Positions 44,914 to 54,619 of a stretch of DNA of 64,000 nt are shown here, piece after piece. Source of the DNA: Oscillospiraceae bacterium. Its GTDB lineage: Bacteria > Bacillota > Clostridia > Oscillospirales > Oscillospiraceae. The stretch spans positions 6,511 to 70,510 of the forward strand of contig JAETNP010000027.1 of assembly GCA_021768185.1 (NCBI GenBank), in the 5' to 3' direction. Positions within the stretch are counted from its first letter, which is position 1, and every line of letters begins with the position of its first letter. The translations under genes were made by a program, and so were the position numbers. The notes beneath the pieces were generated by a model. That model was not told the DNA's origin and ran no database searches. It saw only the letters and a list, made by a program, of their open reading frames with translations.

Positions 44914-46187
44914 TACTTCTCCTCCAGCGCTTTCAGCGCCCGCTGGCCGATATCCCGGCGGCAGAAGGCGTTCTCGAAGTGAATGCGGTCCGCCAGGGCG
45001 TAGGCTTTCTTAATGGCGGCAGGCAGGTTCTCCGCTGTCGCCGCCGCGCCCAGGACGCGGCCGCCGTTGGTCAGCAGTTCTCCGTCCTTCCGCACCGCTC
45101 CGGCGATGTAGATGCGCTCATCCGGCTGGGCCGCAGGCAGGGTAATGGGGAAGCCCTTGTCATACTTCTGCGGATAGCCTGCGGAGGCCAGGATGACGCA
45201 GCAGGCGGATTTTTCGCTGAATTTGACTTCCGTGTCCGCCAGAGCGCCCTCGGACACCGCCAGCATGATCTCCAGCAGGCTGCTCTCCAGCAGGGGGAGC
45301 ACCACCTGGGTCTCCGGGTCGCCGAAACGGCAGTTGTACTCGATCACCTTGGGGCCGTCGGGGGTCAGCATCAGGCCAAAGTACAGGCAGCCCTTGAAGG
45401 GCCGCCCCTCCGCCTTCATGGCCCGGATGGTGGGCAGGAAGATCTTCTCCATGCACGACGCGGCGATTTCCGGAGTGTAATAGGGATTGGGGGCGATGGT
45501 GCCCATGCCGCCGGTGTTGAGGCCCTGGTCGTTGTCCAGAGCACGCTTGTGGTCCATGGAGGACACCATGGGGACCACCGTCTCCCCGTCGGTGAAGGAC
45601 AGGACGGAAACCTCCGGGCCGGTGAGGAATTCCTCGATGACTACCGTAGCGCCGCTGTCGCCAAACAGGCGGCCCTCCATCATGGAGCGGACGGCGTCAC
45701 GGGCGGCGCCGCGGGTCTCGCAGATGAGCACGCCCTTGCCCAGAGCAAGGCCGTCGGCCTTGACCACCGTGGGCAGGGGGCAAGTTTCCACGTAGGCCAG
45801 GGCCTTGTCCATATCAGTGAAGGTCTCATAGGCGGCGGTGGGGATGCCGTACTTTTTCATCAGGTCCTTGGAGAACGCCTTGCTGCCCTCAATGACGGCG
45901 GCGTTCTTCCGGGGGCCGAAGCAGGGGAAACCCTCTGCTTCCAGGGCGTCCACCATGCCCAGGACCAGGGGGTCGTCGGGGGCGACGACCACAAAGTCCA
46001 CGTTATTTTCCCTCGCCGCGGACACCGCGGCGGGGATGTCCGTGGCGGAGCCGCCCAGGCAGACCGCGTCGGCGGCGATGCCGCCGTTGCCGGGCAGGGC
46101 GTAGATTTTTTCCACCCGGTGGTCTTCTTTCAGCTTTTTGATGATCGCGTGTTCGCGGCCGCCGCCGCCGATGACAAGGATTTTCAT
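44913..46187 (-). CDS. purD: phosphoribosylamine--glycine ligase
   Basis: MKILVIGGGGREHA start and an ATP-grasp core. Confidence 0.95.
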   Translation of the reverse strand: MKILVIGGGGREHAIIKKLKEDHRVEKIYALPGNGGIAADAVCLGGSATDIPAAVSAARENNVDFVVVAPDDPLVLGMVDALEAEGFPCFGPRKNAAVIEGSKAFSKDLMKKYGIPTAAYETFTDMDKALAYVETCPLPTVVKADGLALGKGVLICETRGAARDAVRSMMEGRLFGDSGATVVIEEFLTGPEVSVLSFTDGETVVPMVSSMDHKRALDNDQGLNTGGMGTIAPNPYYTPEIAASCMEKIFLPTIRAMKAEGRPFKGCLYFGLMLTPDGPKVIEYNCRFGDPETQVVLPLLESSLLEIMLAVSEGALADTEVKFSEKSACCVILASAGYPQKYDKGFPITLPAAQPDERIYIAGAVRKDGELLTNGGRVLGAAATAENLPAAIKKAYALADRIHFENAFCRRDIGQRALKALEEK

Positions 46188-46204
46188 TTCAGCAACCTCC
46201 TTCT

Positions 46205-46779
46205 TGCGGCCCGGAGGGCCGCGGGGGCTTTTTTCTAGCGTTCAGATTCGCCCCTCGCCGGGGCGGGGCTTACTTTTCCCGCGAGGGAAAAGTAACAAAA
46301 GGTCGCTCAAGGAACTACGTTCCTTGAGAATTCTCCTTCATTACGGGGGTGATTAGTTTTGCGCCCAAGGCATAGTCGGTTTTGTCTAAACCTTACTGCC
46401 ATCCGCTTCGTTCCTCTTGTGCGTCTATTTCAACATGCTTGTCGGTGCCCCCTACCGTGTAGCGGGGCAAACTCCCCGGGGTGCTTTTTTGCAGATGGTT
46501 CCGTTAGACCAAATCCCCGTAGATGGCTCTACCCCTTTGAAAGGGCGTCAGCCGGAGTTGGTTGACTACCAGAGTCTAGATCAGATGCCCGAAGGACCGC
46601 TGGTTCACGTGGCACCGCAACTCTTCACCTCCACCGAACCCTCGCAAACCCCTCGCCGAGGACCCGCCGGATAGGCGGGGCTGAGAAGGGATTCTTAAAC
46701 CGTAGGTTTAAGTGGCTTTTTGCCTTCTTTTTGTCCACACAAAAAGAAGGCAAGGAGTCCGGGGGCGAGAAGCCCCCGG
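46205..46779 (+). repeat. copy B of the interspersed repeat (divergent core, arm types swapped relative to the conserved ~106-nt module)
   Basis: Both terminal arms match copy A in the same strand sense. The conserved module GCGCCCAAGG...CCCCGGGGTGC abuts the opposite arm type, and the remaining core is unrelated to copies A, C and D. Confidence 0.8.
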
Positions 46780-46797
46780 GCTATCGAATAGAAGGCG

Positions 46798-47982
46798 TTA
46801 GTGGTGGAACAGCCGCATCCCCGTAAACGCCATCACCATGTCATAATCGTTGCACTTTGCAATAACAAGATCATCCCTGATGGAGCCGCCGGGCTCGGCA
46901 ATATACCGCACGCCGGAGCGGCGGGCCCGCTCAATATTATCCGCAAAGGGGAAGAACGCATCGCTGCCCAGGGCGACGCCCTTCCGATTGTCCAGCCACG
47001 CCCGGGCCTCCTGGGCCGTCAGGGGCGAAGGACGGGAAGTAAAATACTTCTGCCAGTTCCCCTCGTCGCAGACATCCTCCTCGTTGCCGTTGATATAGCT
47101 GTCAATCACATTGTCCCGCTCGGGACGGCCCAGCGAGGGCAGGAAGGGCAGAGAAAGCACCTTGGGATGCTGGCGCAGATGCCAGGTATCCGCCTTGGTG
47201 CCCGCCAGACGGGTGCAGTGAATCCGGCTCTGCTGGCCCGCGCCTACGCCGATGGCCTGGCCGTCCACTGCGTAGCATACGGAGTTGGACTGGGTGTACT
47301 TCAGGGTGATGAGCGCAACGATCAGGTCCCGCTTGGCCTCCTCGGGGAGGTCCTTGTTGGCGGTGACCACGTTCTCCAGCAGATGCGCCCCAATCTTGAA
47401 CTCGTTGCGGCCCTGCTGGAAGGTCACGCCGAACACATCCTTGGTCTCCTGGGGGGCCGGAACGTAGGCGGGGTCAATTTTGACAATGTTGTAATTGCCC
47501 TTCCGCTTGGTCTTCAGGATCTCCAGCGCCTCGTCCGTATAGCCGGGGGCGATAACGCCGTCGGAAACCTCCCGCTGGATGAGCTTGGCAGTGGCCGCGT
47601 CGCACACATCGCTGAGGGCCGCCCAGTCACCGAAGGAGCACAGGCGGTCCGTTCCACGGGCGCGGGCATAGGCGCAGGCCAGAGGGCTCTGGTCCAGCTC
47701 GGGCACGTCGTCCACAAAGCAGGCCTGCTTGAGGGCCTTGCTCAGCGGCAGACCCACGGCGGCGGAGGTGGGGGAAACGTGCTTGAAGGAGGTTGCGGCG
47801 GGAAGGCCCAGGGCCTCCTTCAGCTCCTTCACCAGCTGCCAGGCGTTCAGGGCGTCCAGGAAGTTGATATAGCCGGGCTTGCCGTTCAGGACCTCCAGGG
47901 GCAGGCCGCTTCCATCCCGCATGAAAATCCGGGAGGGCTTCTGGTTGGGGTTGCAGCCGTATTTCAGTTCTAATTCATTCAT
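46798..47982 (-). CDS. purH: AICAR formyltransferase (stand-alone AICARFT domain of PurH)
   Basis: 394 aa. LKYGCNPNQ, FKHVSPTSAA and C-terminal ...GMRLFHH. No MGS/IMPCH domain. Confidence 0.8.
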   Translation of the reverse strand: MNELELKYGCNPNQKPSRIFMRDGSGLPLEVLNGKPGYINFLDALNAWQLVKELKEALGLPAATSFKHVSPTSAAVGLPLSKALKQACFVDDVPELDQSPLACAYARARGTDRLCSFGDWAALSDVCDAATAKLIQREVSDGVIAPGYTDEALEILKTKRKGNYNIVKIDPAYVPAPQETKDVFGVTFQQGRNEFKIGAHLLENVVTANKDLPEEAKRDLIVALITLKYTQSNSVCYAVDGQAIGVGAGQQSRIHCTRLAGTKADTWHLRQHPKVLSLPFLPSLGRPERDNVIDSYINGNEEDVCDEGNWQKYFTSRPSPLTAQEARAWLDNRKGVALGSDAFFPFADNIERARRSGVRYIAEPGGSIRDDLVIAKCNDYDMVMAFTGMRLFHH

Positions 47983-47996
47983 GGTGGTACTCCTTT

Positions 47997-49433
47997 TTAC
48001 ACGTTCAGCTCTGCCTGGATGGATTCATCCGGGTATCTTGCCAGCAGCGGGGCAATCTCGTCCCGCAGGAATTCCGTCACTTGGCTGGGGGCCCGGCCCA
48101 CGTACTTCTCCGGGGCCATCTGCTCCGCAATCTCCTCCCGGGTCAGGGGGAACAGCGGGTCTGCCACGACGCGGTCAATGAGGTCGTTGGCCCCGCCCTC
48201 CAGCTTCACCTTGCGGGCGGCGGCGTGGGAGTGCTCCCGCAGGGCCTCGTGGAGCTCCTGGCGGTTGCCGCCCCGCTTCACAGCCTCCATCATGATGTTC
48301 TCCGTGGCCATGAAGGGCAGCTTCTCCATCACCCGGCGGTTCACCACCCGGTCGTAGACCACCAGGCCGGCGGTGATGTTGATATAGATCTCCAGAATGG
48401 CGTCCACCGCCAGGAAAGCCTCCGCTACGGCGATGCGCTTGTTGGCGCTGTCGTCCAGGGTCCGCTCAAACCACTGGGTGGCGGCGGTTATGGCGGGGTT
48501 CACCCCGTCCTGGATGACGTACCGGGCCAGGGCGCAGATGCGCTCGCTCCGCATGGGGTTGCGCTTGTAGGGCATGGCGGAGGACCCGATCTGGTTCTTC
48601 TCGAAAGGCTCCTCCATCTCCTCGAAGGACTGGAGGATGCGCAGGTCATTGGCAAATTTGCAGGCGGACTGGGCCACGCCGGAGAGGGCGGAGAGCACAT
48701 AGGCGTCCGTCTTCCGGGAGTAGGTCTGGCCGGAGACGGCTACGCACTTGTCAAAGCCCATCTGCCGCGCCACCAGCGCTTCCAGCTTTTTGACCTTCTC
48801 CTCGTCCCCCTCGAACAGCTCCATGAAGCTGGCCTGGGTGCCGGTGGTGCCCTTGGCCCCCCGGAGGCGCAGCTGGTTCACCTGGAACTCCAGGTTCTCC
48901 ATGTCCATCACCAGCTCGTTCATCCACAGGGTTGCCCGCTTGCCCACGGTGGTCAGCTGGGCGGGCTGGAGGTGGGTGTAGGCCAGGCAGGGCAGGTCTT
49001 TATATTCCTCCGCGAATTTGGAGAGGTTCCGCAGGACCTGGGCGCACTTGCGCAGGACCAGCCGGGAGGCGTCCCGGAGAATCAGGATGTCCGTGTTGTC
49101 CCCTACGTAGCAGGAGGTGGCCCCCAGGTGGATGATGGCCTCCGCGTCGGGGCACTGCTGCCCGTAGGCGTAGACATGGCTCATAACGTCGTGGCGGACC
49201 AGCTTCTCCCGGGCCTCGGCCACGTCGTAGTTGATATCTTCGGCGTGGGCCTCCAGCTGGTCGATCTGGGCCTGGGTGACGTTCAGGCCCAGCTGGTGCT
49301 CCGCCTTGGCCAGGGCGATCCACAGCCTGCGCCAGGTGCGGAATTTGTTGTTGTCGGAAAAAAGGTACTGCATCTCCCTGCTGGCGTAGCGGGTGGACAG
49401 AGGGGAAGTATAGCCGTCGCGGTTTCGTTCCAT
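47997..49433 (-). CDS. purB: adenylosuccinate lyase
   Basis: Fumarate-lyase signature GSSAMPYKRNP. Start at MERNRDGY behind AAAGGAGAA. Confidence 0.95.
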   Translation of the reverse strand: MERNRDGYTSPLSTRYASREMQYLFSDNNKFRTWRRLWIALAKAEHQLGLNVTQAQIDQLEAHAEDINYDVAEAREKLVRHDVMSHVYAYGQQCPDAEAIIHLGATSCYVGDNTDILILRDASRLVLRKCAQVLRNLSKFAEEYKDLPCLAYTHLQPAQLTTVGKRATLWMNELVMDMENLEFQVNQLRLRGAKGTTGTQASFMELFEGDEEKVKKLEALVARQMGFDKCVAVSGQTYSRKTDAYVLSALSGVAQSACKFANDLRILQSFEEMEEPFEKNQIGSSAMPYKRNPMRSERICALARYVIQDGVNPAITAATQWFERTLDDSANKRIAVAEAFLAVDAILEIYINITAGLVVYDRVVNRRVMEKLPFMATENIMMEAVKRGGNRQELHEALREHSHAAARKVKLEGGANDLIDRVVADPLFPLTREEIAEQMAPEKYVGRAPSQVTEFLRDEIAPLLARYPDESIQAELNV

Positions 49434-49446
49434 GGCGGGTTCTCCT

Positions 49447-50154
49447 TTAACCGTTCTTGTTGATGATAGAGGTTTCACAGCAGCTGCCCGTCAAGCTGCG
49501 GAACTGCACAAACAGCGAGACTTTATTTTCCGCGTTGAGACTTTCCCACAGCTCTCTTGCCAGTGTGGAGGCATTCGTGGCGGAGATATCAACCGGGATG
49601 GGTTCCCCGGCGAAGGAGGGCAGAGGGTTCCCGTCGCCCCGGTAGGTGCTGATGAAATGGCCCGTCCCGGCCACGGGAGCGTCGTACTCGAAGAAGTACC
49701 GGCAGCAGCAGCTCTCATCCCCGTCCAGGCTCTTGAGGATGGACAGGTTGTAGCCGCCGTCGGGCTTCACCACGCCGGAGATGCGGGGCGTCCAGTTGGG
49801 GCCGTCGGGCTCGAAGGTCCGGGTGTTCAGGGCGTGGCGGTAGCAGTGGCCCTGGGCCAGGGCGTCCCGGATGGTGTCGGTCTGGTCGCCGTTGGTGACG
49901 ATGGTCAGGCCGCTCTCCAGCCGCCGGACGGGATGGTAGATGATGAGGGACGGGTCCGTCATTTTGCTCTCGTCAAAGGCTCTGGTGCGGATGCCGTCCT
50001 TCGTCTCCTCAAAAACCCGGTTGCGGCTGTTCTCGCTGCGGCCCATGATGAAGTAGGCAATGACGGCGCTCTTATTATCGGCGCTGCGGCCCAGCATGAT
50101 GCCCCGGCCCGGGTAGCTGTTTCCGCACAGCAGCGCGCAGAGGTCCTGTTTCAT
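49447..50154 (-). CDS. IMP cyclohydrolase, PurO-like (non-PurH type)
   Basis: GNSYPGRGIMLGRS....AVIAYFIMGRSENSRNR pattern. The start overlaps the purN stop (ATGA). Confidence 0.7.
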   Translation of the reverse strand: MKQDLCALLCGNSYPGRGIMLGRSADNKSAVIAYFIMGRSENSRNRVFEETKDGIRTRAFDESKMTDPSLIIYHPVRRLESGLTIVTNGDQTDTIRDALAQGHCYRHALNTRTFEPDGPNWTPRISGVVKPDGGYNLSILKSLDGDESCCCRYFFEYDAPVAGTGHFISTYRGDGNPLPSFAGEPIPVDISATNASTLARELWESLNAENKVSLFVQFRSLTGSCCETSIINKNG

Positions 50155-50759
50155 AACGCATTCTCCTTTTCGTTCACGATCCCGGCGGCGACCAGTTCCG
50201 CCGCCTGGGGCAGCAGGACCCATTCGGCCTGCTCCATCACTCTCCGCTGCAAAATTTCCGGGGTGTCGCCAGGAAGGACGTCCACCGCCTTTTGCAGGAT
50301 GATCTGTCCTCCGTCGGGGATATCGTTGACGTAGTGGACGGTGGCCCCCGTCACCTTCACGCCGTAATCCAGCGCCGCCTGATGGACCCGAAGGCCATAG
50401 AAGCCCTTCCCGCAGAAGGACGGAATGAGGGCGGGGTGGATGTTGATCATGGGGCCGGGGAATTTCTCAACAAAGCCGCCGGAGAGAATCCCCAGGAATC
50501 CCGCCAGGACAACCATGTCAATGTTATGTTCCAGAAGCGCGGACAGAACCTTCTCCTCAAAATTTGGCTCTTTCCGGACAATCAGCGCGCAGTCGATCCC
50601 GGCGGCCTCCGCACGTCCGATGGCTCCAATTCCGGCTTTGTCGGCGATGACCAGGGCGATCTGTCCGCTTTTCAGTTCTCCCCTGGCCTGGGCGTCAATG
50701 AGGGCCTGCAAATTTGTCCCGCCGCCGGAGACCAGGACGGCAATCCGGGCGGTCAGCAC
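50151..50759 (-). CDS. purN: phosphoribosylglycinamide formyltransferase
   Basis: IAVLVSGGGTNLQALID and INIHPALIPSFCG motifs. Confidence 0.95.
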   Translation of the reverse strand: MLTARIAVLVSGGGTNLQALIDAQARGELKSGQIALVIADKAGIGAIGRAEAAGIDCALIVRKEPNFEEKVLSALLEHNIDMVVLAGFLGILSGGFVEKFPGPMINIHPALIPSFCGKGFYGLRVHQAALDYGVKVTGATVHYVNDIPDGGQIILQKAVDVLPGDTPEILQRRVMEQAEWVLLPQAAELVAAGIVNEKENAL

Positions 50760-51793
50760 AGGACCACCTTTTCCTCTCCGGAGACGATCTCACCCATGAT
50801 ATAGGCGTCCTCCCCCTGTTCATGGAGGATGGTCAGGGCCTTATCCGCCTGCTCCTTGGGGACAGTAATACTCATGCCTACGCCCATATTGAAGGTGTTG
50901 TACATATCCCGCTCGGGAATGTTCCCGCTGCGGGCAATAAAATCAAAGATGACCGGCGTACGCAGAGAGGCTTTCTCGATCTTTGCCCCCAGGCCGTCGG
51001 GGATGGAACGGGGGATGTTTTCATAGAACCCGCCGCCGGTGATATGGGAGATGCCGTGGACCTCCACCTGCTCCAGCAGGGCGAGGACGGGCTTGACATA
51101 GATGCGGGTGGGGGTCAGCAGGACCTCGCCCAGGCCCTTGCCGCCCAGAACCTCAATTGGGGTATACAGATGGGCGTGCTCGATATTGAACACCCGGCGG
51201 ACCAGGGAGAAGCCGTTGGAGTGGACGCCGGTGGAGGGCAGGGCGATGACGGCGTCCCCCGCCGCCGTTTTGTTCTTGTCGATGACCTTCTCCCGGTCTA
51301 CCACGCCTACGGTGAAGCCCGCCAGGTCGTAGTCGTCCTCGGCCATCATGCCGGGGTGCTCGGCGGTCTCACCGCCCACCAGGGCGGCCCCGGACTGGAC
51401 GCAGCCTTCGGCCACGCCGGAGACGATGGAGGCAATCTTCTCCGGGATATTTTTGCCGCAGGCGATATAGTCCAGGAAGAAAAGGGGCTTTGCCCCGCAG
51501 CAGATCACGTCGTTGACGCACATGGCTACGCAGTCGATGCCAATGGTGTCGTGCTTGTCCATCAGCTGGGCAATTCGGATTTTTGTACCGACGCCGTCGG
51601 TGCCGGAGACCAGGCAGGGGGCTTTCATTCCGGCGGTGTCCAGCTGGAATAATCCTCCGAAGCCGCCGATGTTCTCCGACATCCCGCGGGTCTGTGTACG
51701 GGCTACGTGCTGCTTCATCAGCTCCACCGCCCGGTAGCCGGCGGTAATATCTACGCCGGCCGCGGCGTAGGAGGCGGAATAGCTCTCGTTCAT
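50753..51793 (-). CDS. purM: phosphoribosylformylglycinamidine cyclo-ligase (AIR synthetase)
   Basis: YAAAGVDI, GGFGGLF, GTDGVGTK motifs. Start at MNESYS. The upstream extension in the ORF track runs into the repeat. Confidence 0.95.
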   Translation of the reverse strand: MNESYSASYAAAGVDITAGYRAVELMKQHVARTQTRGMSENIGGFGGLFQLDTAGMKAPCLVSGTDGVGTKIRIAQLMDKHDTIGIDCVAMCVNDVICCGAKPLFFLDYIACGKNIPEKIASIVSGVAEGCVQSGAALVGGETAEHPGMMAEDDYDLAGFTVGVVDREKVIDKNKTAAGDAVIALPSTGVHSNGFSLVRRVFNIEHAHLYTPIEVLGGKGLGEVLLTPTRIYVKPVLALLEQVEVHGISHITGGGFYENIPRSIPDGLGAKIEKASLRTPVIFDFIARSGNIPERDMYNTFNMGVGMSITVPKEQADKALTILHEQGEDAYIMGEIVSGEEKVVLC

Positions 51794-51849
51794 TACGTCC
51801 TCTCTCTTCTGCGGCCCTGCGGGCCGCTCCAGCTTTTTTCTGTTCGATA

Positions 51850-52405
51850 GCCCGGGAGCTATCCGCCCCCGGACCCCGGACCTACTTTTTGTGTGAACAA
51901 AAAGTAGGCAAAAAGTCACTTAAACCTAGCGGTTTAAGAATCCCTCATTTATTGATTAGTTTTGCGCCCAAGGCACAGTCGGTTTTCTCTAAACTTACTA
52001 CTGTCCGCTTCGTTCCCCTTCTGCGTCTATTTCGGCGTGGTCATCGGTGCCCCCTACCGTATAGCGGGGCCAACTCCCCGGGGTGCGTGACGCTAGTCTT
52101 CCCCGTTTTGCCAGAGGTCCTGGCGATGGACGAACACTGGTTATAGAAGCGGCGCCGCAGCAAGCACTAACGTAAGAACCCGTGGGTAGACGCAGAAGTC
52201 CGGCAGGTTCTGATGCGAATCAAAGGGAGAGTGGAGAACCAGGTTGTGCAAATAAATTCCCCCGTAATTCAGGAGGATTCTCAAGGAACGTAGTTCCTTG
52301 AGCGACCTTTTGTTACTTTTCCCTCGCGGGAAAAGTAAGCCCCGCCCCGGCGAGGGGCGAATCTAATTGATAGATTAGAGGCGGAGGCGGCGCGCAGCGC
52401 CGCAG
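51850..52405 (-). repeat. copy C of the interspersed repeat (full length, reverse complement of copy A)
   Basis: Colinear with the reverse complement of 27088-27698 along its whole length. Fills the purF-purM intercistronic gap. Confidence 0.85.
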
Positions 52406-52406
52406 A

Positions 52407-53828
52407 TTATTCTTTCCCCGTCCAGCAGTACGTGCAGACCTTCTCCTTATCGATCCCGATGGCCTCCAGCAGGCCCTCCAGGGACTGATACCCCAGGGAA
52501 CTGAACCCCATCTCCTCACAGATGGTCTTCAACAAACACTGTCCCCGCTCGCTGGAACAGTCGGCATACTCTTCCAGATGCTCCTGCCCCTCGTCGCCCT
52601 CCAGCTTCTGAACAGTGGCCCGGGCCAGAAGCTCCATATCGGAATTGCTCCGGGAAAAATTCAGATACTTGCACCCGTACATGATGGGCGGACAGGCGGA
52701 ACGCATATGGACCTCCTCCGCTCCGCAGCCATACAAAAACTCAATGGTCTCCCGCAGCTGGGTGCCCCGGACGATGGAATCGTCCACAAACAGCAGCTTC
52801 TTTCCCTCAATCAATTCGGGCACGGGAATCTGCTTCATCTTCGCCACCTGGTTGCGGATGTCCTGATTAGCCGGCATGAAGGACCGGGGCCAGGTGGGCG
52901 TATATTTTACAAAGGGCCGGGCAAAAGCCTTCCCGGACCGGTTGGCAAACCCAATGGCGTGAGGCAGGCCGGAGTCCGGCACCCCCGCCACATAGTCCAC
53001 CTTGGGCAGCTGCCCCCGGGCAATCTCGTCCCGGGCCATGATCTCCCCGTTGCGGTAGCGCATGACCTCTACGTTGACGCCCTCATAATTCGAGTTGGGG
53101 TAGCCGTAGTAGGTCCAGAGAAAGGCGCAGATGCGCATTTTCTCCCCGGCGGGGGACAGCGTGTTCCAGCCCTCCGCCGTCACCTCCACGATCTCCCGGG
53201 GACCCAGCTCATAGGCGTCGTTGTACCCCAGCTTGTGATAGGCGAAGGACTCAAAGGACACGCAGCAGCCATCCTCGTTCTGCCCGATGAGCACCGGCAG
53301 GCGGCCCAGCTTGTCCCGGGCGGCAATAATGCTCTCCTCTGTGAGGATCAGAATAGTAGCAGAGCCGTCGATGACCTCCTGAGCATAGCGGATGCCCTCT
53401 ACCAGGGTGTCCTTCTGATTGATGAGGGCGGCGGTGAGCTCGGTGGCGTTGACCGCGCCGGAACTCATAGCCATGAACTGGCTGCCCTGGCGGCTGAAGT
53501 ACTCCTGAACCAGAGCGTCGGCGTTGTTGATGATGCCTACGGTGGTGATGGCAAAAAGGCCCAGATGGGAGCGGACCAGCAGGGGCTGGGGGTCCGTGTC
53601 GCTGATGCAGCCCACACCGCTGGTGCCGTGGAATTTTGCTACGTCCTTTTCAAATTTTGTGCGGAAAGGCGTATTCTCGATATTGTGGATCTGACGCTGA
53701 AAGCCGTCCTTCTCGTCGTAAACCACCATACCGCCCCGGCGGGTGCCCAGGTGGGAGTGGTAGTCCACACCAAAAAAGATGTCGAGAACACAGTCCCGCT
53801 TTGAAATCGCTCCAAAAAAACCGCCCAA
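52407..53828 (-). CDS. purF: amidophosphoribosyltransferase homologue lacking the N-terminal nucleophile Cys
   Basis: PRTase motif LLFVDDSIVRGTQ and an Ntn-fold N-terminal half. It begins (TTG) M-GGFFG where canonical PurF has CG[IV]FG. Confidence 0.85.
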   Translation of the reverse strand: MGGFFGAISKRDCVLDIFFGVDYHSHLGTRRGGMVVYDEKDGFQRQIHNIENTPFRTKFEKDVAKFHGTSGVGCISDTDPQPLLVRSHLGLFAITTVGIINNADALVQEYFSRQGSQFMAMSSGAVNATELTAALINQKDTLVEGIRYAQEVIDGSATILILTEESIIAARDKLGRLPVLIGQNEDGCCVSFESFAYHKLGYNDAYELGPREIVEVTAEGWNTLSPAGEKMRICAFLWTYYGYPNSNYEGVNVEVMRYRNGEIMARDEIARGQLPKVDYVAGVPDSGLPHAIGFANRSGKAFARPFVKYTPTWPRSFMPANQDIRNQVAKMKQIPVPELIEGKKLLFVDDSIVRGTQLRETIEFLYGCGAEEVHMRSACPPIMYGCKYLNFSRSNSDMELLARATVQKLEGDEGQEHLEEYADCSSERGQCLLKTICEEMGFSSLGYQSLEGLLEAIGIDKEKVCTYCWTGKE

Positions 53829-53880
53829 TGGATGCTCCTTTCCTGCGTTTGGTCAGCAGTGGGTTTATCGTCGTACCCTC

Positions 53881-54591
53881 TTAAGCGCCGAAGACACGGC
53901 GCATCATTTCCTCGTAGGCCTCCTCCACGTTGCCCAGGTCACGGCGGAAGCGGTCCTTGTCCAGCTTCTCGTTGGTCTTGGCGTCCCAGAAGCGGCAGGT
54001 GTCGGGGGAGATCTCGTCCGCCAGGACGATGGTGCCGTCCGGCAGACGGCCGAACTCCAGCTTGAAGTCGATGAGCCGCACGCCGCACTCCGCGAAGAAC
54101 GCCTTCAATACCTCGTTGACCTTCAGGGCCATGGCGCGGATGGTGTCGATCTCCTCCCGGGTGGCCAGCTTCAGGGCCAGGGCGTGGGAGGTGTTCAGCA
54201 GGGGATCATGGAGGTCGTCGTTCTTGTAGGAGAACTCAAAGGTGGGCTCGTCGAAGGGGATGCCCTCCTCCACGCCGTAGCGCTTGGCGAAGCTCCCGGC
54301 GGACACGTTGCGGACGATGACCTCCAGGGGGACGATCTGGACCTTCTTCACCACGGTCTCCCGGTCGTTCAATTCCTCCACAAAGTGGGTGGGGATGCCG
54401 GCGGCGGAGAGCTTTCCCATGAGGAAGTTGCTCATGCGGTTGTTCACCGCGCCCTTGCCGCGGATGGTGCCTTTTTTCGTGCCGTCAAAGGCGGTGGCGT
54501 CGTCCTTGTAGGAGACGATGACCAGATTGGGATCTTCGGTGGCATAGACCTTCTTTGCCTTGCCCTCGTAGAGCTGTTCTTTCTTTTCCAT
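53881..54591 (-). CDS. purC: SAICAR synthetase
   Basis: [10 protein letters not shown] start and [12 protein letters not shown] motif. Confidence 0.95.
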   Translation of the reverse strand: MEKKEQLYEGKAKKVYATEDPNLVIVSYKDDATAFDGTKKGTIRGKGAVNNRMSNFLMGKLSAAGIPTHFVEELNDRETVVKKVQIVPLEVIVRNVSAGSFAKRYGVEEGIPFDEPTFEFSYKNDDLHDPLLNTSHALALKLATREEIDTIRAMALKVNEVLKAFFAECGVRLIDFKLEFGRLPDGTIVLADEISPDTCRFWDAKTNEKLDKDRFRRDLGNVEEAYEEMMRRVFGA

Positions 54592-54619
54592 AACCGTACA
54601 TCCTCCTGATAATTCAATT

